The notes beneath the pieces were generated by a model that saw only the letters and a program-made list of their open reading frames with translations, ran no database searches and had not been told where the DNA came from. Made by a program: the position numbers and the translations under genes. Positions 1 to 9,628 of a DNA stretch of 44,174 nt are shown here, in pieces. Numbering within the stretch: the first letter of the stretch is position 1; every line of letters starts with the position of its first letter. Location of the stretch: NCBI GenBank assembly GCA_018829905.1, contig JAHJST010000025.1, positions 1-44,174 on the forward strand. The letters are read 5' to 3'. The stretch comes from Patescibacteria group bacterium. Its GTDB lineage: Bacteria > Patescibacteriota > Minisyncoccia > RBG-13-40-8-A.

Positions 1-122
1 GATTAGAGTATATGTCCAAGAAAAGTTTGTTCAACAATTTAAGAAAATCATTAAAAATTAATACTTTCTGCTTCTAATTTATTCTTTCAGACGACATTGC
101 TATGAACGATTAGAGGCGACAT

Positions 123-1526
123 TTATGTGATTGACAACATTCTTTTGAACAAAATAATAGATTTATTATTTTCTAATTGTTTTTTAATCTTTTCACTTGT
201 TTCTGGTAAAAATGGCTCTATTAAAAAAGCAATCTCAGAAATAGCATAAAGTAAATTAGATATTATTTGTTCTCTGTTTTCTGACTCCCATGGTTTATTC
301 TTATCAATATATTCATTACAAAAAGCAATTAACTTCCAAATTTCATTTAATACTTCGAATAATTTAAAATCTTTAAAATATTCTAAATAATTATCTCTTG
401 TTTGTTTTGTTCTATCTAAAATATTTTTTTCTGGTTCTAATTTTTTATCAGTGGCTAATTTTAAAACACGAGCGACTAAATTACCAAGACCATTGGCTAA
501 GTCTGAGTTATATTTTTCAATAAACTTTTCTTTTTTAAAGTCTCCATCTTGTCCAAATGGAAATTGAGATAACAAAAGATATCTGGCTCCATCAACACCA
601 AATTCATTAACAATATCATTAGGATCTATTACATTGCCTATTGTTTTACTCATCTTTTGACCATCAACTGTAAAAAATCCATGAATAAATTCTTTGTCAG
701 GAGTTTTTTGTTTAGCGGCTAATAATATAGCTGGCCAATAAATAGTATGAAATTTTAAAATATCTTTAGCTAATAAATGAACAATCTCAGCATCATCCCA
801 CCATTCATTAAATTCATCAGTCCCATATCCTATTGATGAAACATAGTTTAAAAGTGCTTCAAACCAAACATAAATAGTTTGATTTTTATCAAAAGGAAAT
901 TCTATTCCCCATTTAACCTTTTGACGAGAAATAGAAAAATCATCTAAATCTTGTTTTAATAATGCTAATGTTTCTTTTCTAGCAAAATCAGGTTCAATTT
1001 TTAATTTTCCAGATTCAATTAATTTTTCAACTTTATTCAAATAATCTTTTAATTTAAAAAAGTAGTTTTTTTCTTTAATTTTTTCTGGTTCTTTTTTATG
1101 ATCAGGACATAAACCATCAACTAATTCTTTTTCTGTTAAAAACTTTTCACAACCAGTACAATAAAGTCCCTCGTATTCTTTTTCATAAATAGAGTCTTTT
1201 AAATTTTCTAAAAATTTCTTAACTGCTTTTTCATGTTTTTCATCGGTTGTTCGTACAAAATGATCATATTTAATATTTAAATTTTCCCAAGTTTTTTTAA
1301 ATAACTCAGACTTTTCATCACAAAACTCTTTCGGGTCTTTGCCTTCTTTTTTGGCTGATTCAGCTATTTTTGCACCATGCTCATCAGTTCCAGTTAAAAA
1401 GAAAACTTGTTCTCCTTGTTCCCTAAAAAACCGCGTTAAAACATCCGCAGCTAAAGTTGTATATGCATGGCCTAGATGAGCAATATCATTTACATAATAT
1501 ATTGGAGTTGTAATTAATTTTTTCAT
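123..1526 (-). CDS. metG: Methionyl-tRNA synthetase
   Basis: ITTPIYYVN..HLGH (HIGH), GTDEHG, Zn knuckle CTGC/CPDH, DFSISR, KMSKT. Confidence 0.97.
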   Translation of the reverse strand: MKKLITTPIYYVNDIAHLGHAYTTLAADVLTRFFREQGEQVFFLTGTDEHGAKIAESAKKEGKDPKEFCDEKSELFKKTWENLNIKYDHFVRTTDEKHEKAVKKFLENLKDSIYEKEYEGLYCTGCEKFLTEKELVDGLCPDHKKEPEKIKEKNYFFKLKDYLNKVEKLIESGKLKIEPDFARKETLALLKQDLDDFSISRQKVKWGIEFPFDKNQTIYVWFEALLNYVSSIGYGTDEFNEWWDDAEIVHLLAKDILKFHTIYWPAILLAAKQKTPDKEFIHGFFTVDGQKMSKTIGNVIDPNDIVNEFGVDGARYLLLSQFPFGQDGDFKKEKFIEKYNSDLANGLGNLVARVLKLATDKKLEPEKNILDRTKQTRDNYLEYFKDFKLFEVLNEIWKLIAFCNEYIDKNKPWESENREQIISNLLYAISEIAFLIEPFLPETSEKIKKQLENNKSIILFKRMLSIT

Positions 1527-2137
1527 TTTATTACAATAACAAATTCACCTTTTGTCTTAATCTTTAATTCACTAGCTATTCCTCTATAGATAGTTTCAAA
1601 TTTTTTAGTTAATTCCCTACCAATAACAACTTCTCTATCTCCTAATTCCTTTAGTGTTTTTTCTATACGATAGGGAGATTCATAAATAATAACTGGATAT
1701 TTAAAAGATAAGATTTCTTTAAAAAATTTATTTCTACCTTTTTTATGAGGAGGAAATCCCATAAAAACAAACTTATCCATTGAAAATCCAGAAACACTAG
1801 CAATTGCTGCAACAGCACAAGCACCAGGGATAACAGAAATCTCACAATCTAATTGTTTAATTAATTGATTTCCTGGATCACATATACCTGGAGTACCAGA
1901 ATCAGAAACTAAAGCCAAATCTTTTTCTTTTAACAATTCTTTTATCTTTTCAATCTTATTAATCCTAGAATGTTGATGATAAGATTCTACATTAGTAGAA
2001 ATATCATATCTATTTAATAATTTTTTAGTAACTCTAGTATCTTCACATAAAATCAAATCAACGTCTTTTAAAATTTTTAAGGCCCTTAAACTAATATCTT
2101 TTAAATTTCCTATTGGAGTTGATACAATGTATAGCAT
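1523..2137 (-). CDS. rsmI: 16S rRNA C1402 2'-O-methyltransferase
   Basis: LYIVSTPIGNLKDIS, CEDTRVT, SDSGTPGICDPG, YESPYR, RELTKKFE. Confidence 0.95.
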   Translation of the reverse strand: MLYIVSTPIGNLKDISLRALKILKDVDLILCEDTRVTKKLLNRYDISTNVESYHQHSRINKIEKIKELLKEKDLALVSDSGTPGICDPGNQLIKQLDCEISVIPGACAVAAIASVSGFSMDKFVFMGFPPHKKGRNKFFKEILSFKYPVIIYESPYRIEKTLKELGDREVVIGRELTKKFETIYRGIASELKIKTKGEFVIVIK

Positions 2138-2183
2138 AAATAAAGCTTAACAGATATTTTGTTTTTTGTTAAGATGTGTATAT
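2138..2183. promoter_or_regulatory. Back-to-back extended -10 promoters (rsmI / HIT), near-leaderless
   Basis: - strand TGT-TAAGCT 6 nt before the rsmI ATG; + strand TGT-TAAGAT 8 nt before the HIT ATG. Confidence 0.5.
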
Positions 2184-2543
2184 ATGAATTGTATATTTTG
2201 TAAAATTGCAAAAAAAGAAATTCCTTCAGAAAAAATTTATGAAAATGATAAAGTTTTTTGTTTTCTTGATATTAATCCTGTTTCTAAGGGACATACTTTA
2301 GTTATTTCTAAAAAACATTATGAAAATATTTTTGATATTCCAGAAAATGAATTAAAAGAATTAATTTCTGTGGTAAAAAAAATATCTAAAAAAAGAAAAA
2401 AAGAATTAAATGCTGATGGCATTAATTTATTTAATGCAAATGGAAAAATTGCGGAACAAAGCGTATCTCATTTTCATATTCACATTATTCCAAGGTATAA
2501 AAACGATGGGATAAATATAAGCAAGATGTTTAAACAAAAATGA
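2184..2543 (+). CDS. HIT family hydrolase
   Basis: MNCIFCKI start, GHTLVI, HFHIHIIPR histidine triad; ATG at 2184 preferred over TTG at 2166. Confidence 0.93.
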   Translation: MNCIFCKIAKKEIPSEKIYENDKVFCFLDINPVSKGHTLVISKKHYENIFDIPENELKELISVVKKISKKRKKELNADGINLFNANGKIAEQSVSHFHIHIIPRYKNDGINISKMFKQK

Positions 2544-3064
2544 TATTAACTCCACATATATTAATTGGATCATTAATAGGATCTAAAACTAAAAAACCTT
2601 TTTTGATTATAATATTAGGAATATTGAGTCATATTTTTTTAGACTACATACAACATTGGGATTATGATATTTCTGGAATTGTAAATCCTTCTAGTGATTT
2701 TAAATATTTTTTAATATGTCTTTTAAAAATATTTTTAGATGTTTTTATAGGATTTTTAATTGTTTTTTTTATTTCAAATAAAAAAGGATATTTAAATAAA
2801 AAACACTTACCATTTATTGCTTTTGGAATAATCTTTGCTGTTTTTCCAGATTTGATTCTTTTTGTTTTATATATGTTCAATTTGCAAACAATTTTTGAAC
2901 AATATCTTTTATTTCATCAAAAATTCTTACATACAAGAGCATATAGTGGATTTGGTTTTTGGGGAGTTTTTAATCAAATCATTGCAAGTATGATTTTCAT
3001 ATCTGCTTTTTTTATTAAAATAAAAAAGAGAACAAAAACATCCTCTTTTTCAAAAATAAAATAA
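2540..3064 (+). CDS. Membrane protein, metal-dependent hydrolase-like
   Basis: MILTPH, SHIFLDYIQHWDY and FPD motifs with several hydrophobic helices; ATGA overlap with HIT gene. Confidence 0.6.
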   Translation: MILTPHILIGSLIGSKTKKPFLIIILGILSHIFLDYIQHWDYDISGIVNPSSDFKYFLICLLKIFLDVFIGFLIVFFISNKKGYLNKKHLPFIAFGIIFAVFPDLILFVLYMFNLQTIFEQYLLFHQKFLHTRAYSGFGFWGVFNQIIASMIFISAFFIKIKKRTKTSSFSKIK

Positions 3065-4090
3065 TTATTTGCGTTTTTTTACTATATCTCTAAAAAATTC
3101 CGCAACTACAGCAGTAATTGGAACAGCTAAAAACATTCCAACAATACCACCCAATTTAGCACCTATTAATAGAGCTAAAATAATTATTACAGGACTTAAT
3201 TTAACAATTTTACCAACAACTAATGGAACAATAAGATTATTTTCTAACTGCTGAATTACAATGTATAGAATAAGGACCCAAAAACCAAGAATAGGTGCTT
3301 GTAAAAATGCTAAAATAACTGCTGGTATACCAGACATAATAGGACCAATATATGGAAGCAATTCAAAAGTTCCAGCTAAAATAGCTAAAACCAATGCAAA
3401 TTTAACATTTAAAAGAGTTAAACCAATATATGACATTGTTCCAACAACCAATCCTAGGAATAATTGTCCTTGCAACCAACGACCTAATTTTCTCTGAGAT
3501 CTTTCCCATAGTCCTAAAATGTAATCTTTGTGTTGATGAGGAATAATAGAGGCTAATGCATTTTTTATTCCTTTTTTTTGTACTGATAAATAAAATGAAA
3601 CAATTAAAGCTGTTAAGAAAGAAAATATACCACCAAAAATACTAACTGCTGTTGAAAATAAATTACTGGTTGCTTTTTTCAATAAGTCTCCTGCTCCAGT
3701 TAAATAGTTCTGTGCTTTATCAATTATTCCACCATATTTAGTAGATGCTTTTTTAAAAGATTCAAATTTTTCAGATAAATCTTCTATATAAGCTGGCAAA
3801 TTTGAAGACAAATCACCAACATCTCTAGAAAGACCAGGGATAATCAAAGAAAGAACAAGTCCAATAAAACCAATAACTATAATATATATTATTAATGCTC
3901 CTATTACTCTGGGGATTTTAATTCTTTCTAAAAGATTTACTACTGGCGCAATAGCAGAAGCAATAATTAAAGCAAAAATAAATATTGCAATAACATCACG
4001 AACCAAATAAAGAAATATTATAGCAAGGATTATAAAAACAACTTTAAATATTGTACTTGAAGATATTGATATTGTTTTTGTATTAGACAT
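3065..4090 (-). CDS. AI-2E family transporter
   Basis: Multi-TM; WLQGQL, LLPYIGP, IQQLENNLIVP, GGIVGMFLAVP. Confidence 0.92.
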   Translation of the reverse strand: MSNTKTISISSSTIFKVVFIILAIIFLYLVRDVIAIFIFALIIASAIAPVVNLLERIKIPRVIGALIIYIIVIGFIGLVLSLIIPGLSRDVGDLSSNLPAYIEDLSEKFESFKKASTKYGGIIDKAQNYLTGAGDLLKKATSNLFSTAVSIFGGIFSFLTALIVSFYLSVQKKGIKNALASIIPHQHKDYILGLWERSQRKLGRWLQGQLFLGLVVGTMSYIGLTLLNVKFALVLAILAGTFELLPYIGPIMSGIPAVILAFLQAPILGFWVLILYIVIQQLENNLIVPLVVGKIVKLSPVIIILALLIGAKLGGIVGMFLAVPITAVVAEFFRDIVKKRK

Positions 4091-4094
4091 ATAT

Positions 4095-5363
4095 TTAAAT
4101 ATTTAATAATTTTTCAAATCTTTTTTTATCTTTAAACGGACCAATAAGAGCTAAATTCAATTTTTCTGGAACAAATATATCTTTAGCAACTCTTTGAATA
4201 TCATTTATCGTTACACTTTCTATTTTAGCAAATATTTCATCAAGGGTCAAAATATTATCTTCTAAAAGCTCCTGATCTCCATGAAACATGGCTTGTTCAT
4301 CAGACCCTTCCATAGCTAATATTAATCTTCCTTTAATAAAATCTTTTGCTTTTTTTAATTCTTTTTCATTAACTTTTTTATCTTTTATTAATTTATAGTT
4401 TTTAAGAATAATCTGAATAGCTATATCTATTCTCTTGTTATCTACACCAGCTCTAGTATATAAGGTTCCTGTGTCAGTATAATTATCTGCGTTAGTTCTA
4501 ACATAATAAGACAATCCTTGTTTTTCTCGTATATCAATCCACATACGAGAACTCATACTTCCACCTAAAATAATTCCCAAAATATCTAAAATAAATCTAT
4601 CTTTGTGGAATAAATCATATCCTCTTACTCCTAAAAAAAGATGTGTTTGGTCTGTTTTTTTATAATGAACCAATATTCTTGGTTTTGTTTGTTTTTCAAT
4701 GACTTTTTTCTTATCTTTTGGTTTTTCAGTATTTATATTCTTAAAATAATTATTAATTTTATTTTTTAAGTCTCCTTTAATATTTCCAGCTACAACAACA
4801 ACTGTATTGTGAGAAGAATAATGATTTTTTAAGTAATTTAAAAAATCTTTTTTTGTTAATTTATTTATTACATCTCTTTTTCCAAGAATCAACCAACCAG
4901 ATGGTTGATTTCCATAAAGTAAACTTTCCCATATTTTCCAAATATACATTTTGGGATTATCTAAGTACATATTTACTTCTTCATTTATTACACCTTTTTC
5001 TCTATTTATCTCCTTTTGTTCAATTTTTGAATTTAAAAACATATCTGAAACCCAATCAAGAGCCAAATCTAAGTGTTTTGAATCAACTTTTGCCCAATAC
5101 CCTGTTTGTTCTTTGCCTGTAAACGCATTATACTCTCCACCAACCCTATCAAGAGTCTCGGCAATAGCTAATGTATTTGGCCTCTTCTTGGTCCCCTTAA
5201 AAAACATATGTTCTAAAAAATGCGAAATACCATTTATTTCTTTTGTTTCATATTTAGAACCAGTTCCAACTAAAACTAAAACAGTCACTGCTTTAGTGTT
5301 TTTCATTGGAACAGTGACTAATCTTAAACCATTTTTAAATGTATGTTTTTGAAATTCACTCAT
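4095..5363 (-). CDS. M16 (pitrilysin) family Zn peptidase
   Basis: GISHFLEHMFFKGT (HxxEH), NAFT, IREKQGLSYY. Confidence 0.95.
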   Translation of the reverse strand: MSEFQKHTFKNGLRLVTVPMKNTKAVTVLVLVGTGSKYETKEINGISHFLEHMFFKGTKKRPNTLAIAETLDRVGGEYNAFTGKEQTGYWAKVDSKHLDLALDWVSDMFLNSKIEQKEINREKGVINEEVNMYLDNPKMYIWKIWESLLYGNQPSGWLILGKRDVINKLTKKDFLNYLKNHYSSHNTVVVVAGNIKGDLKNKINNYFKNINTEKPKDKKKVIEKQTKPRILVHYKKTDQTHLFLGVRGYDLFHKDRFILDILGIILGGSMSSRMWIDIREKQGLSYYVRTNADNYTDTGTLYTRAGVDNKRIDIAIQIILKNYKLIKDKKVNEKELKKAKDFIKGRLILAMEGSDEQAMFHGDQELLEDNILTLDEIFAKIESVTINDIQRVAKDIFVPEKLNLALIGPFKDKKRFEKLLNI

Positions 5364-6636
5364 TTAGTTTTTTATTTAAATATTCTTTTAATTCATCTAT
5401 TTTAATTCTTTCTTGCTTCATTGTGTCTCTGTGTCTAATAGTAACAGATTTATCTTTTAAAGAATCAAAGTCAAACACAAGGCAAAAAGGGGTTCCAGCT
5501 TCATCTTGAGCAAAATATCTTTTTCCAATATTTCCTCTAGAATCCCATGCACAAACAAATCTAGTTTTTAATAAATCATATACTTTTCTTGCTTGTTTAA
5601 CCAATTCAGGCTTATTAGACAAAAGAGGAAATATAGCTACTTTAATTGGAGCTAAGCTAGGTTTTAATTTTAAAACAATTCTTTTTCCATCTTCATGATA
5701 TGCTTCATTTAAAACAGCTAGTATTGTTCTTTCTAATCCAAAAGAAGGTTCAATAACATGAGGAAAAAACTTATTATTATCAACCTCCTGATATTTTAAT
5801 TCTTTTCCACTAGCATTAGAGTGTTGTTTTAAATCATAATCATATCTATAAGCTAAACCATAAAGTTCTTTAAAACCAAAAGGAAATCTATACTCAATAT
5901 CTTCTGTTTTTTTAGAATAATGAGACAATTCATCTTTTTTATGATTTCTCCATCTAATATTTTTTTTATTAATACCTAGTCCTAAAAACCATTTTTCCAT
6001 TTCTTTTTTCCAATTTTCAAAATGTTTTTTCCAATTTTCTTGTTTAATAAAATATTCTATTTCCATTTGCTCAAATTCTAGTTTTCTAAAGATAAAATTA
6101 CCTAAAGTAATTTCATTTCTAAAGGCTTTACCAATTTGAGCAATACCAAATGGTAATTTTGGATGAAAAGAATCAATAATGTTTTTAAAATTAACAAATA
6201 TTGCTTGAGCTGTTTCTGGTCTTAAATAAACAATAGAAGAATCTTGTTCTACTGGACCAATAAAGGTTTTAAACATTGGATTAAATTTACGAGGATTTGT
6301 TAATTCTCCTCCACAATCAGGACACTTATCCTTTGCATGATCTTGTCTAAATCTCTTTTTGCATTTTTTACAATCAACTAAAACATCAATAAATCCTTTT
6401 GTATGGCCAGATGCATCCCATATTTTAGGACTCATTAAAATACCACCATCTAAACCATATATATCATCTCTATTTTGAACAAATGTTTTCCACCAACTTG
6501 CTTTAATATTATTGGCTAATTCAACACCAAGAGGGCCAAGATCAAAAGTATTAGCCAATCCTCCATAAATCTCAGAACCTGGATATATAAATCCACGTCT
6601 TTTACATAAAGAAACAATTTTTTCCATTTTTTCCAT
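5356..6636 (-). CDS. glyQS: Glycyl-tRNA synthetase, alpha2 type
   Basis: KRRGFIYPGSEIYGG, YLRPETAQ, FRNEIT, FEQMEIE, HVIEPSFG, C-terminal anticodon domain. Confidence 0.96.
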   Translation of the reverse strand: MEKMEKIVSLCKRRGFIYPGSEIYGGLANTFDLGPLGVELANNIKASWWKTFVQNRDDIYGLDGGILMSPKIWDASGHTKGFIDVLVDCKKCKKRFRQDHAKDKCPDCGGELTNPRKFNPMFKTFIGPVEQDSSIVYLRPETAQAIFVNFKNIIDSFHPKLPFGIAQIGKAFRNEITLGNFIFRKLEFEQMEIEYFIKQENWKKHFENWKKEMEKWFLGLGINKKNIRWRNHKKDELSHYSKKTEDIEYRFPFGFKELYGLAYRYDYDLKQHSNASGKELKYQEVDNNKFFPHVIEPSFGLERTILAVLNEAYHEDGKRIVLKLKPSLAPIKVAIFPLLSNKPELVKQARKVYDLLKTRFVCAWDSRGNIGKRYFAQDEAGTPFCLVFDFDSLKDKSVTIRHRDTMKQERIKIDELKEYLNKKLNE

Positions 6637-6640
6637 ATAA

Positions 6641-8458
6641 TTATTCTTTTACCTTACCATCTTCACTACTTGTCATTGGATCATCAGGCAAGCTAGTGCT
6701 AACAGCAGGAGTAAAATCTTTTAAAATATTTTTCGTAAAATTATCTTTACCCTCTATAGAAGATTCATTAATTAAAATAGGCATAGTTGCAATTTGATTA
6801 ACAGATGGTCTTAATCCTATTTGAAAAACCAATTCATACCATTCTTTAAAAATTCCAGTTCCTGAAGAAATATATGGTATTTCCCAAACAACTTCTTTTG
6901 TACGCTCATTATACTGTACATTAGTATTAGAATTATCATTTAAATAAAAATTAGACCATTCTATGCCTTGAGGTAAAAATGCAGAAACTCTAACATTTTC
7001 AATATCATTGCTTGTATTAACTATTTGCCAATGAACAGTATAATTAGTTAATTGACCAACACTGGGTGGAATTGGACCTTGATTAATAATTCCAGCTTCT
7101 GGTTCATAATAATAGACCTCTGTAATTAAATCAAGTGTAGAATTTAATTTGCAAGTTAATTTATCTGTAAATCTTAATTCTGAAACAGAAAATTTTTCTG
7201 GTATAGTTAATGTTTGTATTTCAGATATAGCAATTAATTCAAAATTCTTATCATTATTATTAAATATTGGTATTGATCTCATTAAATTAATTGAAAAACT
7301 TAATTTTCCTGATTGATTTGGTTCTAAAAGATTTAATTCAGAAACATCTGCACCGCTCCAAATAATTGAATTATCCCTAGAATCAAAAAATCCTTTATTA
7401 TTTTCAACTGTTTTGAAATCAAAAGCTCTTGAATCTAAATATACTTTTAATATTAATTCTCTTAAAGCAACGTCTGTGTTATTTTTAAACTCAACATCAT
7501 AACTTATTGATTGACCAATATTTAAAATACAATCATCATCATGATTTCTAGCTTTAATATTTAATAATATTGGAGAAGGAGAAATTTGAGTAACAAATTC
7601 TGCTTGAGAATACTGAATAAATTTTCCATTTTCTTGTTTTCCTATTGTTGTTTTTAATATTTTATTCTCCATTTCTAATCCTTGTAAAACACCTATTAAA
7701 TCAATTATTCCTTTTTCTCCTACTTCTAAACTTTCTATTTCCCAAACACCATTAATAGGTTCTGGATTAGATTCTTTTAATTCAAAATCACTAGAATAAT
7801 CTATTTCTATTCTTAAATTAAAAAAATCTTGTTCAGATTTATTCTCATATTCAATTACATAATTAACATCTTGTCCATTTACTGCTTTTTCTGATCCTTC
7901 GATATTTATTTCAATTAATGTAGAATTTATTTCTATTCTAGCAGAAGAAGAGTTTTCAAATCTAGAACTAATATTTTGGGGTAAATAATCTAATTTAATA
8001 CTTAAATTTTTAATATCTCCTTTTTGACCAACAAATCTTGCTTTAAAAGTTTCTTCACCATTAGATTTACGATTAATTGTTCCAATATTTCTTGCTTCTT
8101 GAAATAATTCTTTTCCATTAATATCAAAAGTTCCAGTAGGATAAGCAATTATTAAATTAGCATCATTTAAGTTAACTCTATTATTATTCTCATACTTAAT
8201 TTTAAATTCAACTTCATCACCAGATGCAATATCTTTTGATATTTCTACATTAATAGATACTTTTGATTTAGAAAAAGAATTTTGACCCCATAAAATAGCG
8301 CCTATAAACATTAAAATTAAAACAACAAAAACAATTATTAATGTTTTTGGAAGATTCTTTTTAGAAAACAAAGAAATTAAGCCTAGTTTTTTCTTAGAAG
8401 TCTTTGTATTTTCTAAATTTTTTACTTCAAAACTATTTGGTTGGTTTATTCCATCCAT
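6641..8458 (-). CDS. Membrane-anchored extracellular protein with tandem Ig-like beta domains
   Basis: One N-terminal TM helix followed by repeated Y(E/K)N..L..L beta-sandwich-like segments; GPIPPSVGQ.T.YTVHW. Confidence 0.6.
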   Translation of the reverse strand: MDGINQPNSFEVKNLENTKTSKKKLGLISLFSKKNLPKTLIIVFVVLILMFIGAILWGQNSFSKSKVSINVEISKDIASGDEVEFKIKYENNNRVNLNDANLIIAYPTGTFDINGKELFQEARNIGTINRKSNGEETFKARFVGQKGDIKNLSIKLDYLPQNISSRFENSSSARIEINSTLIEINIEGSEKAVNGQDVNYVIEYENKSEQDFFNLRIEIDYSSDFELKESNPEPINGVWEIESLEVGEKGIIDLIGVLQGLEMENKILKTTIGKQENGKFIQYSQAEFVTQISPSPILLNIKARNHDDDCILNIGQSISYDVEFKNNTDVALRELILKVYLDSRAFDFKTVENNKGFFDSRDNSIIWSGADVSELNLLEPNQSGKLSFSINLMRSIPIFNNNDKNFELIAISEIQTLTIPEKFSVSELRFTDKLTCKLNSTLDLITEVYYYEPEAGIINQGPIPPSVGQLTNYTVHWQIVNTSNDIENVRVSAFLPQGIEWSNFYLNDNSNTNVQYNERTKEVVWEIPYISSGTGIFKEWYELVFQIGLRPSVNQIATMPILINESSIEGKDNFTKNILKDFTPAVSTSLPDDPMTSSEDGKVKE

Positions 8459-8475
8459 ATATGTATTATATCATT

Positions 8476-8931
8476 TTAATAAATATCTTTTAAGTCCATA
8501 TCCTTATCATACCCTAATAACTGAATTAAATCTTTTTCAAATTCTTTAATATTAATTGCTTTTTTATCTAAATCTTTAAAAGTTTTTAAAATTAATTTCC
8601 AAACACCTTCATCTTTTTCTTGTTCTGGAAAAGCATTATTAATTAAATCATTTAATTGATTAGCTTTTTTTAATTTTTCTAAATCTTTTTTAATATTTAA
8701 AAATTGATCTAATAAAAAAGCATCTTTTAAAATTAAAAAATTCTTTCCTTCAACTAAAATTAATTGAACAAAAGAAATTGGCTCAATAGAATATCTTAAT
8801 TTACTTTCTATTTTTTTTGTTCCTTTTGCAGAAATAAATATTTTTCCTAATTCTTCAGAATAAATAGATATAACATTATCATATTCATTAGATGATTTTT
8901 TAAAAAGAATTATTGCTTTTGTTTTAATCAT
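8476..8931 (-). CDS. recO: DNA repair protein RecO (short form)
   Basis: AIIL...EYD..ISIYSEELGKI...AKG.KK..SKL N-terminal OB fold; no Zn finger. Confidence 0.85.
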   Translation of the reverse strand: MIKTKAIILFKKSSNEYDNVISIYSEELGKIFISAKGTKKIESKLRYSIEPISFVQLILVEGKNFLILKDAFLLDQFLNIKKDLEKLKKANQLNDLINNAFPEQEKDEGVWKLILKTFKDLDKKAINIKEFEKDLIQLLGYDKDMDLKDIY

Positions 8932-8965
8932 AAATATTATTTTAATTATCTTATTATATCACAAA

Positions 8966-9001
8966 ATTAAATCGCCTTGATGGAAATCAAGACGATTTAA
9001 T
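8966..9001 (-). terminator. Hairpin, probable intrinsic terminator
   Basis: 16-bp arms with one G-U pair on the - strand, 4-nt loop, T-rich tail. Confidence 0.6.
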
Positions 9002-9053
9002 ATATAAAAATATATTTAAATCCTTTTTTAAATTATTAAATAAATAACAAGCC

Positions 9054-9093
9054 AAAAAAAGATGAGAAGTTTTTAACACAGGAAAACTTCTCA
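9054..9093 (-). terminator. Intrinsic terminator of the Zn-finger gene
   Basis: TGAGAAGTTTT/AAAACTTCTCA 11-bp stem followed by a T7 tract on the - strand. Confidence 0.7.
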
Positions 9094-9104
9094 AAAACCT
9101 CAGC

Positions 9105-9509
9105 TTAATCTACGAAAGACGGAATACCACCGCGAACCCTAAGTCCGAGCTTAGCGGCGACCGTACGAGCTGCTCGCATAGAAACTGTCTGATGAGCGCG
9201 GCGCTTTGACGCAACAGCCTCAGAATCCATGGCCTCCAGTCTTCCAAAAGAGACTGTTCCGCCACTAAAATAATTGTGACGAACATGGACATTCTGAGTC
9301 ATAGCATCAAGTGCCTTCATTTCTTCTCTCGTGAATCCGGGCCAGATCTCTTTCAAACAACGAGCATAGAAATTGTCTTCCATGCCCATTGCCTGCATAA
9401 AGCAACAGCAACAAATCGTGCCCCTTATTTTACCACACTGATCACACATACTCCATCCGCAAATCTTACAGATAGAGACAGCTTCACCTTCCCTACAGAC
9501 ATCACACAT
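9105..9509 (-). CDS. Hypothetical protein with N-terminal Cys-rich (B-box-like) Zn finger
   Basis: CDVC..CKIC..CDQC..CCCC; GGAGG SD upstream of ATG 9509; visibly GC-richer than flanks. Confidence 0.65.
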   Translation of the reverse strand: MCDVCREGEAVSICKICGWSMCDQCGKIRGTICCCCFMQAMGMEDNFYARCLKEIWPGFTREEMKALDAMTQNVHVRHNYFSGGTVSFGRLEAMDSEAVASKRRAHQTVSMRAARTVAAKLGLRVRGGIPSFVD

Positions 9510-9565
9510 TTTTCCTCCAAAAAGATCAAACAATTTAGATTAACCTTATTTCAGGCTATGGTATA

Positions 9566-9599
9566 ATTATAACATATTGACAGAATTTGTCAATATGTT
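9566..9599. promoter_or_regulatory. Sigma70 promoter embedded in a 12-bp perfect inverted repeat
   Basis: AACATATTGACA-gaatt-TGTCAATATGTT; - strand TTGACA-16 nt-TATAAT. Confidence 0.7.
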
Positions 9600-9628
9600 G
9601 TAATCTATTATTGTTTTATTTACTTATT

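Noticed and set aside
1-122. Possible 3' end of a + strand gene (2-61, IRVYVQEKFVQQFKKIIKN*) and short CGACATT repeats
   Set aside because: Too short and cut by the window edge to support a call
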